Shown here in pieces: positions 1-12,893 of a DNA stretch of 36,451 bases. The notes under the pieces are model-generated. The model was not told where the DNA came from. It saw only the letters and a list, made by a program, of their open reading frames with translations, and searched no databases. The translations under genes were made by a program, and so were the position numbers. Source of the stretch: Welwitschia mirabilis (taxonomy: Eukaryota); contig JBOZIK010000001.1 in assembly GCA_051453625.1 (NCBI GenBank), forward strand, positions 47,389,012-47,425,462, read 5' to 3'. Numbering within the stretch: the stretch's first letter is position 1; every line of letters begins with the position of its first letter.

Positions 1-915
1 ATATACAAAATTATTCTAACTTATAATGAAAAACTCAAATAATAAAAAAATTAAAAGTTAAGAAAGAATTGATCTTCGGTTAGTAACACAAGGGAACAGA
101 AATGTCCAAGGAGCCAATGGCTCATCTAACTCTTCTCCTTTGCTCCATTGGTTCCTATATCCTAAAACTTAATAAATAAGTAAGCTCTATCTAAAAATTG
201 CTAATGCCTAGTTAATGTGAAATATAATTAGTCCTACCTAAATATTACCAATGCCAAATTAATGTGAAATGATGATGAAAGGATTCAAATTAGTTCTAGA
301 ACTAGCCTTTATAAACATTAGTAATACCAATTTAAATGTGTATTAACAACAAAATAATTTTAACTAGTTCTATATTAAAATATATAATGAATTATACATT
401 ACATTAATGGAGGAGGAAAAGAAGAAGAACTTCTCAACTAACCTTAGATCATTCCACCCCTAATAAAGAGTATCATAGTACCATGACAAACTAACTTCAA
501 AGTCCTTCCCACATTAAGTCAAACAAAAGATGTTTACAATGGGGCATCAAGGTCCTTTTATAGATAAGGAAAGGCTTAGAGGGCATTGTTATGATTACAT
601 TAGATGCCATCTTTATCTGTTAGATGGCGATTACATAAGGAAAGCTATTTAAGGATGGTTGCATAAGAAGGAAGTCAACCAAGCAAAGTCTAAGCTAAAA
701 ATAAAAAGAGAATATGATATTTAAGGCAAAAAATTTAAGAAAACATTAGCTAGAATAAAAGATATGTGATAAATGTTAAATTATTAAAAAATTTAAATCA
801 AGCCTATGAAATGTTAATAAAGGATGTAAGAAATTTTCAAGAAGATGCTTAAAAAGCCTTGAAAAGACTAAAATTTGATGAATAAAACATTTAAAAGGGT
901 AAATAAGTGTAAATA
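1..915 (-). mobile_element. LTR fragment related to the element C LTR family (Athila-like), running off the window start
   Basis: The reverse complement of ~380-590 reads CCTTATCTATAAAAGGACCTTG...ATTGTAAA and GGGGTGGAATGATCTAAGGTAGTTGAGAAGTTC. This matches the element C LTR at 18310-18460 (CTCATCTATAAAAGAGCCTTGG...ACTGTAAA; GGAGTGGGCTTGATCTAAGGCTAGTTTGAGAAGTTC). Putative start TATTTACAC at 915 resembles TGTTTACAT. Boundaries are uncertain. Confidence 0.5.
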
Positions 916-1176
916 AGTGAATAAAGATAAATAAAGTTAAGTAATAAATGAGAATTCATGCTAAGAATTTATAGAAGTCTATGGCTTATATAGTCAATGT
1001 TCAACTTCTAAAAGTAAATGATTGACAATTTCAAGGATTTGTCCAATAACTTAATTAACCCTCCAATAATAATGGTTGATAATATCTGCATGGTTAGCCT
1101 CCTTACATAATCTAATTAATTGTTTAAGACCTTTGGAAAATTCAAAGTAATGTGGTTACCCCATAGGTTACCTACA

Positions 1177-1210
1177 ACAATCAACTCTTTATAATAAAGA
1201 GGTTGATTGT
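1177..1210. repeat. Near-perfect inverted repeat (hairpin)
   Basis: ACAATCAACTCTTTAT-A-ATAAAGAGGTTGATTGT: arms of 16 and 17 nt, complementary except for one bulged base. Confidence 0.8.
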
Positions 1211-1661
1211 AACATCTTAAATTTAAGTATCCTAATTAACCATAATTTTTTAAAGCATTATTAGCTAACGTGCACAATGAATCCTAGGATCAAAGCCTAT
1301 TCCTATTAAAATATTATAAGATTTAAAATAGTTAGATCACAGAAAGCAGAAAAACACAGAAAAACATCTATCATCCACCTGCTCGTCTGGACATCACAGG
1401 AGACAACAGAAACTAAATTATTGCAGAAAAATTGCAATTCAAAGATAAACTGAAAATAAAAATAACACATTATTATCCTGCTTATCATGAGGAATACAGA
1501 GGATACAACCACACCTTTTATAGAAAACCAAAATCTGAAAAACTTAAATTGAAACATAGCACACAGAAAACCTAAAGCTCCGAATAAAATACAATGTCAT
1601 ATAGACAAATAAACGGTATACTTATCTAAACGATAATAACTTTTGTACTCCTTGATAGACT

Positions 1662-1679
1662 TCCCTAACAATGGCGCTA
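1662..1679 (-). promoter_or_regulatory. Primer-binding site (tRNA-Asp type) of minus-strand Athila-like element B
   Basis: Reverse complement TAGCGCCATTGTTAGGGA versus the Athila consensus TGGCGCCGTTGCCGGGGA. It lies 3 nt after the LTR end ...CACCGCAACA. Confidence 0.85.
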
Positions 1680-1682
1680 ACT

Positions 1683-2739
1683 TGTTGCGGTGTGTATTTG
1701 TGCATACTTTTGCATTAAAATAGATTCTATTATTAATAATTAAAATAGATATTATGCCTAATACATCACACTAATATAATTGAAGTGACCCAAAATGTTA
1801 TATCTCATTGAAGTCTATAAGTATAAGACTTAGGTTGTAACTAAACTTAAGAACCAAAAATAATGAATAATAATGCAAGAAAATAAACTACCATGCAAAG
1901 TGTAATATGCAATCTAAGCTAACATGCAATGTAAATAACCCTAACCCTACTTGCTTTTCAGCCTTAACAAAGGCTGTCCTTGATAATCTATATCACCCAA
2001 GAAATTATCACCTAATCAAAGGTAAAATTAGACCATAAGGGTCATAATAAGATCTACAATGCAAACATAAAAAACCAAGATTTATATTAAAAAGTGTAAC
2101 ATTCATTTGGATTACAAAACAGTTAGTCTTAATTAAAGATACTCAACCCTCCACCAAGTTCTTGTCTTTCTGCAATTCACAAAGATGGATCTCCCACCCT
2201 TCACTCTTCTATCATAAGAATCTCTAGTGCATCGAAGATAAGAAGGAGAGTCGAAAGGGGGGGTTATTTATAGGAAAATACAACAGAAATGGAAAAATAG
2301 AAGGTAAAGTTATACACACTCATTAAGGGTTCAGAAACGGATGAAACAGCTGAGGGAATCTATCAGTGACAGTTACATGTCAGTGTCATCTAGGCTATTG
2401 TCCAGATAACAAGAGGGACGACAGAACATTATAAAATATCTTAAAATTAATGACTTAGTAGTCCACATAATCAGTCATTGTCTTGCCTGTTATGTGGATG
2501 ATGAAGGAGATGACTATCTTCTTTAATGCTTTTCTTAAGGAGAAACTTAGTAGTTTTATCATGAAAAGCTCTGTTCCTTGGAAAGTTCCTTTAATGCATC
2601 AATTTTGGATAATAACTATACTTTTCCGAGAATCCCTCTTGTATCTCTAAAATACTTAGAATTACACTTAAACCTATATAAAATTCCTGCAAAAGAACTC
2701 ATAAAACCCATCAAATAATCATAAATTGGCAGTGCAATA
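1683..2739 (-). mobile_element. 5' LTR (~1057 bp) of Athila-like element B, related to the element A LTRs
   Basis: The minus strand starts TATTGCACTGCCAATTTATGATTATTTGATGGG (element A: TGTTGCACTGCCAACTTGCATGTATTTAATAGGG) and ends AAATACACACCGCAACA (A: AAATATACACCACAACA). It is followed by a PBS and a leader similar to the A leader. Confidence 0.85.
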
Positions 2740-3297
2740 AAAACCAAAACCAAAACTAGTCACAATCTACAATAAATTCACAATCCACTTTTGAAACCTT
2801 TAAGAACAAACTCACAAATGTTGAAACCAATTTTCAACTTTTCAAAAATTGATTTGAAAATTCAAACTTTAAACCAAGTTCATCGAATTTTTAACATCAA
2901 GATGATTCACTTCAAAATTATATAGATAAACTTACAAAATTACAAGAAAGGACAAACACAAATATTGAAAACTTAGTAAATGTATTTCAACAAACCATGT
3001 TAATAAACCAAAGACCACAAGGATCATTAGCAATACAACCTCTATCAAATCCCAATAAAATGAGAAAATAATATGAGGTTATAATATGAAGTGGACATGA
3101 AGCAAACCCTCCTCCTTGTGAAGCATTAACCTCCTAAAATAACATTAGGGATGAGAAGGAAGAAGAGGATATTGAAATACTAGAAAACTACAACTTTCTC
3201 TTGGTAAAACTAAAAATAAAAATTCTTCATAAAAAACAAAAAAAAACCTAGCTACCCTTGACTTAATAGGCTAAACATTAATCCAACTTTTGATGAA
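2740..3297 (+). pseudogene. gag: C-terminal gag fragment of a further Athila-like element (D), interrupted on the left by element B
   Basis: Collinear with element A 6390-6970, e.g. TTTCAACAAACCATGTTAATAAACCAAAGACCACAAGG versus TTACAACAAACTATGCTTGCTAACCAAAGACCATAAGG. It encodes NQRPQGSLAIQPLSNP, an Athila gag-type motif. Confidence 0.8.
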
Positions 3298-3309
3298 CAA
3301 AAAAAAAAC

Positions 3310-3552
3310 TAGGTATTCATTTAGGTTAGATTGCATTTGCATTACCTTGCATATTTATTTTCTTGCATTATTTCTAAGTTTTGAATACATTTCCCTTGAA
3401 AATCAATTCTCCTTCTTCTATTACACACCTACGATAGGTTACTACATTTGGGTCACTTCCATTTATATTAGAGTGTCATATTTTGTAATATATCTATTTT
3501 GATTAACAGGATTCAGTAAGGCATAAAGGATTAAAAAAAATGCACTGCAACA
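3310..3552 (+). mobile_element. 3' portion of an Athila-like LTR, followed by a PBS remnant (3556-3567)
   Basis: CTTGAAAATCAATTCTCCTTCTTCTA and the end AAATGCACTGCAACA match the element A LTR end. It is followed by TAGCATCGTTGC, the first 12 nt of a decayed TGGCGCCGTTGC PBS. The left boundary is approximate. Confidence 0.65.
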
Positions 3553-3561
3553 ATATAGCAT

Positions 3562-4667
3562 CGTTGCATTGCCAACTTACATGTATTTGATAGGGTTTTT
3601 TAAGTAGTTTTATAGGATATTAAACAGGTTTATGCTAGATTTCTATGATAATGGAGAGATAATATGAAAGATATAAAAACATGCAATCTTTATAACATTT
3701 TTTAGCATTTAAAGTAGTTACAATATTTTTTATTTTGAAGCAAACTTCATGTAAACATTAAGGCTGATGCATTATACAAACACTTGTAAAAGACTGATCA
3801 TCTACCTCATCATCTAGATGACTCTATGGATGATACAAATATTTAAGCCAATAAGGATGTTGACTAGAATCAATTTAGCAAATGACATGAAATTCTTATG
3901 AGGTGGCATCATCTCTTGTATCATCTGGATAACCATTAGAATGACGTCTATTATAACACTTTACTAAACTTCACTTAAATTTTGCCATTTGTCTCTATGT
4001 TTCTTGTGTGGTTGTTAGGATTATGCCTACACTTGTTTGTCTTGTTTGTTTATAAGTTTGTTTTCATTAATAAGTATCAACTCCACGATCGACTCTTGCT
4101 TATATTCACTTGCATCAAAAATTCTTGTGATAAGAGATCAAAGAATGGGAGATCCATTCATTCTAGTTACAGAGAGACCTATTTCTCAGTGTTAGGCTAT
4201 GCTTCCTCCATTGAGGTGTGGCTACTTTATAACATTGATGTCGATTCAAAAGTAATTCAAAGAACTATTTTCTATTTTTCTATGCTTATTATGTACTTAT
4301 CCCCTATAGTTTATGTTGTTTCTAATTTTATGATAGCTTCTTAAGTAATATAGGTTATGTAGGCAATATTTATCAAGGTTGAGTATTATTAGTTTAGATG
4401 CATTATCTTTTTCTTTCGTAGATTAACTTTGCATAAGTGTGTTTGCATTGTCATTTTCTACTTTACATTCTATTTCTACTATTAGAGTATGTAAGTTTTT
4501 CATCTTGAAATGAATTATCTTTCTTCTAGCCTGTGTCTTTGATGCATTACAAGATTTGGTTCCACTCTTATCTATATTAGTGTATTGTGTTATGCAAAAT
4601 ATATATTTATTTGTAAATAATAAGATCTTCTTGAAAGCATAATATCTACAAAATATGCACCATAACA
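3562..4667 (+). repeat. Element A 5' LTR
   Basis: CGTTGCATTGCCAAC...ATGCACCATAACA; direct repeat of 15232-16337. Hand alignment gives 20 mismatches in the first ~158 nt, 16 of them transitions. Confidence 0.92.
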
Positions 4668-4670
4668 TAT

Positions 4671-4688
4671 TGGCACCATTGTCAGGGA
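4671..4688 (+). promoter_or_regulatory. Element A primer-binding site (tRNA-Asp)
   Basis: TGGCACCATTGTCAGGGA, 3 nt after the LTR end. It differs from TGGCGCCGTTGCCGGGGA only by four transitions. Confidence 0.9.
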
Positions 4689-5219
4689 AGGCTACTTTAA
4701 GTTAGAGGATTTTCATTACTTAGGTGAGTACTTAGATATTAGTTTAGTTATTTGTCTATAGCAGTGTTATATTTTTAGCTATAATAGCATAGGTTTTTTT
4801 TCTCGCAATTTTTATTTTACATTCTAAACTAAACACTTTATCTTCTACCCCATAGTCTAGCTAACATGTGACAACGATAGCCTCTATGCCTTGAGTTTTT
4901 TTAGTCTTTTCACTTTCTTAGAAAATTATGGTTTTTCTATCATTTTCTTTATTATCTAGATGACTTGGAAGGATGATAGTCTATTTTCTACGTTTTCTGT
5001 GTCTGTTATTTTGCACTTCTATTTTCTGTGTTTTTTATTTTTTGTGTTTTTTATCATTTAAATTATTATCCAGATGACCATAGAGATGACATGCACTAAA
5101 TATCAAACTTGAGCATGCTGGAACATGGTAAAATTTGGTAATAAAAAAAAAAATTAGAGAGAGAAGCTATTCATAGAGAAAAATATTCGAGAATATTTGA
5201 TTAACTTTGAATTTAGCTC

Positions 5220-7000
5220 ATGTACACACATCAAAGGTATGCAAGTTTCAAAAATTCTAGAAATTTCTACATTTATTATTTCAGAATCTAATTCTTTGAA
5301 AGAAAATTTTTTAGAAGATTGTTTAGATAATAGTTTAGAAGAAAATCATTTTTTAAGTATATCTAGTTCATAGGAAAAGCAAAATTAAGTTGCTTTATCT
5401 AATCTGCTTCTTGTTATTAGAACCCCTATGACTATGCCCATAAATCCTAATGCTAATGTCACCTTTAGAGAGCTTATAGCTAATAAAAAATATGAAATCT
5501 AAACCCATTTTGATTTACCTTCTAGTGACGATGTCGAACCTAGGAATTTAAATGCTTATCCCATTTTTCATAGTGAACATAATGAAGATCCTTTACAACA
5601 TATTGCAGGCATTGAACAGTTGGTACTTGCTTTTGGAAATGATAAGAAAATAATAAGTGATAGAACTTATAGCGTAATTTTTCCCATCACTTTAAAAGAA
5701 AAAACTAAACTTTGATTAACAATAATTCCCCATAAGAGTCTATGAACATGAAGTCAAGTTAAACAAGCTTTTATTACGTGATTCATGAGTGAAACAACTA
5801 TCAGAAAATATAAGAAAGAAGTAACTAACTTCTAATGATAGCCAAATGAAGATTATGCCTCCACCTATGAGAGATTTTTTATTGCTTTACATTCAAACCC
5901 TATAGATGCTTTTTCTCAAGAATAATTAGTAAACTACTTTTATAGTGGACTCAAAAGGGAAAAATAAATAACTTTTTGACTTTTATTATGGAGGAAATTT
6001 AATGAACTTTATATTAGAAAATTCTTGGAGAGTACTGGAAGAGTTAGTAGAAGTGAGTAACACTTGGCCTAAACAGTCACCTAGAGAAAATAAAATAGTA
6101 GATCAAATCATTAAAGATTTTAAAAAAGTTAAACAAGAGAAGAAGAAACTAAATATTGAAAAAAAAAATAACTAATGTTATTAAGGATTTTATCTCAACT
6201 TTAGAGAAATATACTCAGATGCTCTTAGATAAAAAGGTGGCAACAAAAAAGAGTGTGGTTGTAGCTCCAACTTGTGATTTATGTGAAAACAACTATCATG
6301 TGATAAAAGACTGTCCTTTATTGCCAAAATATAGAGAAAGAATTTATGAATAAGTATGTGAATTTAATCAAAGATCTTTAAACCTTAATCAAAACCAAAT
6401 CCAAAGTCAAATTCAAAATCAAAAAAAATTTCAACCTAGGATAAATGAACAATCCAATTTTAAAAATTTTCAAATAAATCATCTTAATCTCCAACCATTT
6501 AGAAAAAGATTTGAGAATGTAGTTTTCCAATCAAACAACTCTAATAATTAAGTAAGCTTATTCAACTTACAAAACCAAGGTAACCCACTTAAGAATTCCA
6601 TCGATGAGTTAAGAAAAACCTAAGAAAGAAAAAATTCCAACATTCAAAATCTTATTAGTATTTTACAACAAACTATGCTTGCTAACCAAAGACCATAAGG
6701 GTTTCTTATCATACAACCCCTACCAAATCCAAATAAAGTTAAGAAAGATTGTAAGGTTATGATAAGAAGTGGAAATGAGACAACACCTCATATCCATGAG
6801 GCTTCAACATCTCAAAGTGAAAAAAATGATGAGGAAGAAGATAATATAGAAATTTTACAAAATCATTCTTTCCTTTCTCCTTTAAGCAATAAAAAGAAAA
6901 TTCTTCTCATGAAAAAGGTAAGAAACCTGCTACCCCTTAGATTGATATATTAAACACTAATCCTACTTTTCATAAATATCTTAAAGCCTTGATGCAAAAT
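5220..7000 (+). pseudogene. gag: Element A gag pseudogene
   Basis: Remnant motifs EDPLQHI, FPITLKEKTKL*L, *SQVKQAFIT*F and the zinc knuckle CDLCENNYHVIKDCP (ORF 6156-6353). The start is approximate. Confidence 0.85.
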
Positions 7001-7164
7001 ATAAGTACAAATTTTTCATTTTGGAAAATTTTGTAAGAGAATCCCAAATATTCTAAGTTATGAAAAGATCTAATTACGAGGAAACAGAAATGAATTATCT
7101 TTAGTAAAGTCTTCCTAGCCTAATCATTAACAACTTAGGTTTATAGAAATGTCCAAAATTTAAG

Positions 7165-7470
7165 GATCCAAGGGTAGCAACTATTAGTGTTACCTTGGAA
7201 GAAAATAGAAGACTAAAGAAATCCTTGATTGATATAGAAGTTATGGATTGAAAAGTAGAACAGAGCCTATAAGAATTATCTTAGAATTAGTAGATACATT
7301 AGTTAAAAAATGTTTAAGCATGATCAAGAAATTAATCATTCAAAGCAAAAAATCATTTTAGCCTGTTGATGTGGTTATGATAGAAGTTAAAAATAACAAT
7401 GGTTATCCATTACTTCTAGGTAGAGCTTTTTGTGCAACAGTCCATTGTATTACAGATACCAGAACGGATA
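7165..7470 (+). pseudogene. pol: Element A aspartic protease remnant
   Basis: DPRVATISVT, LELVDTLVK (cf. LQLADRS) and YPLLLGRAFCAT (cf. PIILGRPFLAT). The catalytic D-x-G region is degraded. Confidence 0.75.
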
Positions 7471-8039
7471 TGATGGAGTGTCATTTAAAAAATAATAAGT
7501 TTATAAGAAGAGCTGTTGATGCTATTAAAAAAGATTTAGGTGATGATTTTAGTGTGGAAGAAGAGATTAAATTAAGTTTATTTCTTCAACATCATCTTCA
7601 TGAGTCAACTTTATTTGATGATCAACTTGAAGTAACTTAAAATCTTTTAATGAAGACCAATTTGATTTTAATGATTTAGAAACTAATTATTTTAATTTAG
7701 AGAGTAGAAAGGCTAAATTTGTCATTTATCTAGAAGTTTAAATTTTGAGAAAAATTAATATTTTTTATTTTAAGGGTGGTCATCCACTACTGATATCTAG
7801 ATAATAGTCTGAGACAACAGTGAATTTTCTTAAAAATTTAACATAAAATAAAAAACTGAATTTAAATCTGAATTTGAAACCTTTAACTAATGGATCGAAG
7901 TTTATCTTTCTATGCAATGATCAGAACAAACCTTTGGTAATCAATAAAAATATTTCCCCCCATAAGAATCGAGCTTGATCTCACTTTTGTAATCTAAGAT
8001 AAATGCATTTGCTTAGTCCGATAGCCATTCTTACCTCAA

Positions 8040-8960
8040 TTGTTTAACATAAAATCTACCTTGAGGATAGTGTAAAACTTATTAGGCAACCCCAACATAG
8101 ACTTAATCTAGCTCTTAAGCAAGTTGTTAAAGATGAAATCATTAAGATAAAATATTGCTAGAATCATTTATGCCATAGTTGATAGTAAGTGAATTAGTCC
8201 TTTGATGGTAGTGCCTAAGAAAGATAAGAAATGAAGGATGTGCATTAATTTTAGAAAATTAAATGAAGTAACTAAAAAAAAAAGATCATTATTCTTTACT
8301 CTTTCTTGATCAGATACTCAATAGAATTCAAGGATATGCATTTTATTATTTTCTTGATGGATATAGTAGTTACAATTAGGTTTGTATTGCTAGTAAGAAT
8401 TAGGCTAAAACTACTTTTACTTTACCTTTTAGTACTTTTGCTTTTATATGTGTGCCTTTTGAACTTTGCAATGCTCCTATTACTTTTCAACATGCTATGA
8501 TGGATATCTTTTCTGATATGTTAGCAGATTTGATAAAAATTTTTATGAATGACTTCTCTATTTATGTTGAAAATTTGAAACAAATCTTAAAAAGATTAGA
8601 GAAAGTCCTTGATAGCTGCATTTATAATGATCTACATTTGAGTTGAAAGAAAAGTTTATTCTTAGTTAAGAGTGAAATTGTTTTAAATCATCATATTTCA
8701 AAAAAAGAGTTAGGATGGATCCTAAAAATGTTGGTATCATTAAAAACCTAATTCCTCCAATCAATGTTAAACAAGTTCAATTCTTTTTTGGTCATTATGG
8801 TTTTTATCATTTGTTTATTCAGGATTATGCAAAAATTTGTAAACCCCTTTACTCATTATTAAAAAAAAAAAAGCTAAATTTGAATGGAATAAATCTTATT
8901 AGCTTATTTTTAATAAACTTAAACTTTCTTATGCTTCTATTGTAATGGGACCTGGTTGAG
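8040..8960 (+). pseudogene. pol: Element A reverse transcriptase remnant
   Basis: SK*ISPLMVVPKK, *RMCINFRKLN, FLDGYSSYN, PFELCNAPITFQHAMMDIFSD, IFMNDFSIY. Confidence 0.92.
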
Positions 8961-8964
8961 AAAT

Positions 8965-9330
8965 AGATTTTGAATTAATGTGTGATGCTAGTAATTTTGC
9001 CATAGGCAAGATACTTTGTTAAAAATACAAAAATGATTTTAAAGTTATATCTTATCATAGTAAAACTTTATTTAGAACTCAAATGAATTATACTACTATA
9101 AAGAAAGAAATGTTAGTAATTATCTTTTGCCTTAATACACTTAGACATTATCTTTTAGGCTTTTATATGAATATTTATACTAATCATACTGTGATTTAAT
9201 ACATTCTGACTAAGAAAAATTCGAGTGCTAGATTGATTAGATGGATCCTCTCATGCAAAAATTTAATTTGACCATTATTGATAAAGCAGGAAAGCATAAT
9301 TGTGATGTTGATCATTTGTCTCATCTTTCT
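8965..9330 (+). pseudogene. pol: Element A RNase H remnant
   Basis: FELMCDASNFAIG, NYTTIKKEMLVI, YTNHTVI, RLIRWI..QKFNLTIIDKAGKHNCDVDHLS. Confidence 0.9.
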
Positions 9331-9440
9331 TCTACTCTTGATGATTCTATGATTGATGATTCTTTTCTAGATGAACAACTTTTTAATATATCTTTTACTC
9401 ATCCTTCTCCTTGGTATGCTGATATTGTTAATTACCTTGT

Positions 9441-9829
9441 NNNNNNNNNNNNNNNNNNNNNNNNNNNNNNNNNNNNNNNNNNNNNNNNNNNNNNNNNNNN
9501 NNNNNNNNNNNNNNNNNNNNNNNNNNNNNNNNNNNNNNNNNNNNNNNNNNNNNNNNNNNNNNNNNNNNNNNNNNNNNNNNNNNNNNNNNNNNNNNNNNNN
9601 NNNNNNNNNNNNNNNNNNNNNNNNNNNNNNNNNNNNNNNNNNNNNNNNNNNNNNNNNNNNNNNNNNNNNNNNNNNNNNNNNNNNNNNNNNNNNNNNNNNN
9701 NNNNNNNNNNNNNNNNNNNNNNNNNNNNNNNNNNNNNNNNNNNNNNNNNNNNNNNNNNNNNNNNNNNNNNNNNNNNNNNNNNNNNNNNNNNNNNNNNNNN
9801 NNNNNNNNNNNNNNNNNNNNNNNNNNNNN
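9441..9829. other. Assembly gap (N run) flanked by a 108-bp duplication
   Basis: 9333-9440 is repeated at 9830-9937 with three mismatches. Other gaps are at 10147-10246, 29667-29733 and 31654-31666. Confidence 0.95.
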
Positions 9830-10089
9830 TACTCTTGTTGATTCTATGATTGATGATTCTTTTATAGTTGAACAACTTTTTAATATATCTTTTACTCATC
9901 CTTCTCCTTGGTATGCTGATATTGTTAATTACCTTGTTACCATAAAAACACTACAACATTGAACTTATAGTCAAAGAAAATCCTTTCTCCATAGAATAGA
10001 TGACCATAAATAGATAAAGCCACATCTTTATTATAGGTGTAAAGATCAAATTATGTAAAAATGTATGCTTGATTGGGAACAATATAATA

Positions 10090-11050
10090 CCCTTTATCTT
10101 TGTCATGATGATATTTGTGGAGGTCATTTAGTGAACAAAAAATAGCNNNNNNNNNNNNNNNNNNNNNNNNNNNNNNNNNNNNNNNNNNNNNNNNNNNNNN
10201 NNNNNNNNNNNNNNNNNNNNNNNNNNNNNNNNNNNNNNNNNNNNNNATGAAAATTATTCATTCTCATTTTCATTAGCTTACTTTTTTTAAAGATTCTTTT
10301 GATTTTGCTAGAAAGTGTGATCCATGTTTGTGTTATGGTAACCTTATTTGTGCTTAAGAGATGTCCCTCAGACCTATTCTTAAATGTGAACCTTTTGATT
10401 ATTGAGGAACTGATTTTATAGGTCCTATTCACCCACCTTCTAATGATAAAAATTATATTTTAGTGTCTATAAATTATGTTACTAAATGAGTTGAAGCTAT
10501 TCCTACTACTTTAAATGATGTCCTAACTATTTGTACTTTTTTTAAAACTCATATTTTTTAATGATTTGATTTTTTAGGATAATCATTAGTAATTAAAAAA
10601 CTCATTTTATAAATCAAATTTTTAGAAAACTTCTTTTGTCCATTAGAATAGAACATAAAGTAGCTTGTGCTTATCATCCTCAGACCAATAGCCAAGTTGA
10701 AAATGCAAATAAAGAAATTTAAAAAATGTTACAAAAACTTATCTTTACTAATAAAAAATCTTGGGCTTCTAAGATTAATAATATTCTTTGGGCTTACCAT
10801 ACTACTTAGCGTAATTCTCTTCATTTTTTACCTTATGAACTTGTGTACGAAAAAGTTTGTTTTTTACCTGTTGATGTGTGTTATAACTCTTATCATACTT
10901 CTCATTAACTTAATCTTGTAGATCTTTATGAGAATCTTAAACAGAGATTAGCCAAATTAAATTATCTTAATAAAAGAGGTACTCATGATATACATTGTCA
11001 ATTAATCCACAAAGCCTAAGCTAAGTTCAAACTTGATAGAAAGTTACTTC
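10090..11050 (+). pseudogene. pol: Element A integrase remnant
   Basis: Zinc-binding CHDDICGGH...KCDPC, PFDY*GTDFIGP, NYVTK*VEAIP, YHPQTNSQVENANKEI. Confidence 0.9.
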
Positions 11051-12893
11051 ACAAAAACTTTAAACATATTCTAATGGCTCTATTAAGATTTTTAACTTAG
11101 AGACTAAGAAGATTCAGAAAGTTAATGGATAAAGGTTGAAACCATACAAAAAAAATCTTTTGATGCAATCTTGAACATGGTAGAAGCACTTGTTTTGGAG
11201 GTTTTCCTCAATGAAGAAGACTTCCATCCTATCATTGTTTGAATTCTTTCTTACCTTATTCCTTTAGTGGATGTTATGATGTTACTTGATTATCTTTTAC
11301 ACTTGACTTATGTATTATTTTTTTACAACTAGTATTCATACTTGGGCATTTTATAGTGATAAGATTATATTTACTCAATCTTAAGACATTTTCATATCTA
11401 TGGACTTCACTTTAAAGGAAGATGCCTTAGCTCTTATGCTTTTTTTGCAATGGTGTGAGGTCTTTAGTTGTTTAGGATTTTTTTTTTTTTTTGTTGTGTG
11501 TTTCATCTCACTTATTCAACTTTGTCGTTTTAAGTATGTGATAATGTGAGAATTATTCAAATAAAAAAACAAAAAAAGAGAAAGAAGAGAAAGAAAATAA
11601 TAATCATAATCTATTGTATTTATGCTTAAAGAATAATACATGATCATTATGATGTCCTATCACACTAAGGTAAATATTTCTAAAAGGAACCTTTAGCAGT
11701 ACTAGTAGCTATGAGAACTCCACTAAGGGCTTAGTTGTTCATGCTTTGTGAGTCCTTACTTTTTTTACTATAGTTGCACTCCCATCATCATGGAAAAAAT
11801 ATAATAAATTTTGAGGCTATGGGATCGGCGGTATTTCTAATATCATCAAAGGCATTGCTTGCTTCTTAGACTCTTAATATTTCAATATAATCATTTCACT
11901 TTTGATGATTCATATATGTTTTAGAGTATGAGTAGGTGAGTTTATTGTTAAGTAGTTTTAGATCTTATCATTTATTATTTTCAACACTTGAATTTTTTTT
12001 GATATTGTCATAATCACTACCTTTTCGAGTGGAATTTTATGAAGTTTATACATTTTGTCATGCATTTTTACTTAAGTGGCTTTATGATGTCTTCCATGAG
12101 GGTTTTCTAAGTTATAATTTAGGATATATAAGCAATCTTCTCCATATTCTTTGCATCCATTTTCCTTCTGATTTTCTTTAATTTTTTAAGTTTGTTATTT
12201 TAAAGTCATTTTTGCATTTTCTCATCTTTACTTAGGACCTTATCATTTAGTAGTTTCCTTGTTGTTCATTCATAACATATCATTTCCTTTTAGCATTAGA
12301 ATTAAATAGAAAATCTTTTGTGCTTCATATATTTTATTAGATTCCTTGTGTCTTTTAGAGTTCAATACTTTATTTTGTTTCCTTTTTAATTTGGACACAT
12401 TCATTCAATTTTTATTATCAGGTTTTATCTTAGTTAATATGTTTTCTTTATTCCTATTTTTCATTTATTTTAAGTTTCTTTATTCATCTTAATTTTTCAT
12501 GATTCTTTCTCATTAGCTTTTTTTTCCAACTTTCTGATAAATTCTGATACCTTTATGATAATATCCAAGTCTAATCTTTTTTGCTGACATCTTTATTTTT
12601 TGTAAAATTTTTTAAAATTCCATCATCCATCTAGTTGTCTAGATGACATAGGCAGATGATAGTCTGATTTTTTTTTTTTTATAGTCATCTTAGGCTGTCG
12701 TCCAAATGATGTGACTAGATGACAGTGCAATAAAACCATAACTAAATCCCTTATTCCTCATTTTTCTTCATTTTGTCATCATTGTTGTCTATACCTTTGA
12801 GAGATGACAACTTCCCTGATCCCTACCATTGCTTTGTATTTTGTCCCTCTGAGATTTGATTTCAGATTTGTGAGATTTTGTGAATTCTTGAAA

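Noticed and set aside
1683..4667. Large inverted repeat as DNA-transposon TIRs
   Set aside because: These are two related LTRs in opposite orientation, each followed by its own PBS.
3982..4668. 120-aa and 81-aa ORFs as membrane proteins
   Set aside because: They lie within an LTR and are not preserved as such in the second LTR copy; hydrophobicity reflects T-richness.
9241..10432. Long ORFs of 102-202 aa in the track
   Set aside because: They are inflated by N runs; the real part is a pol fragment.
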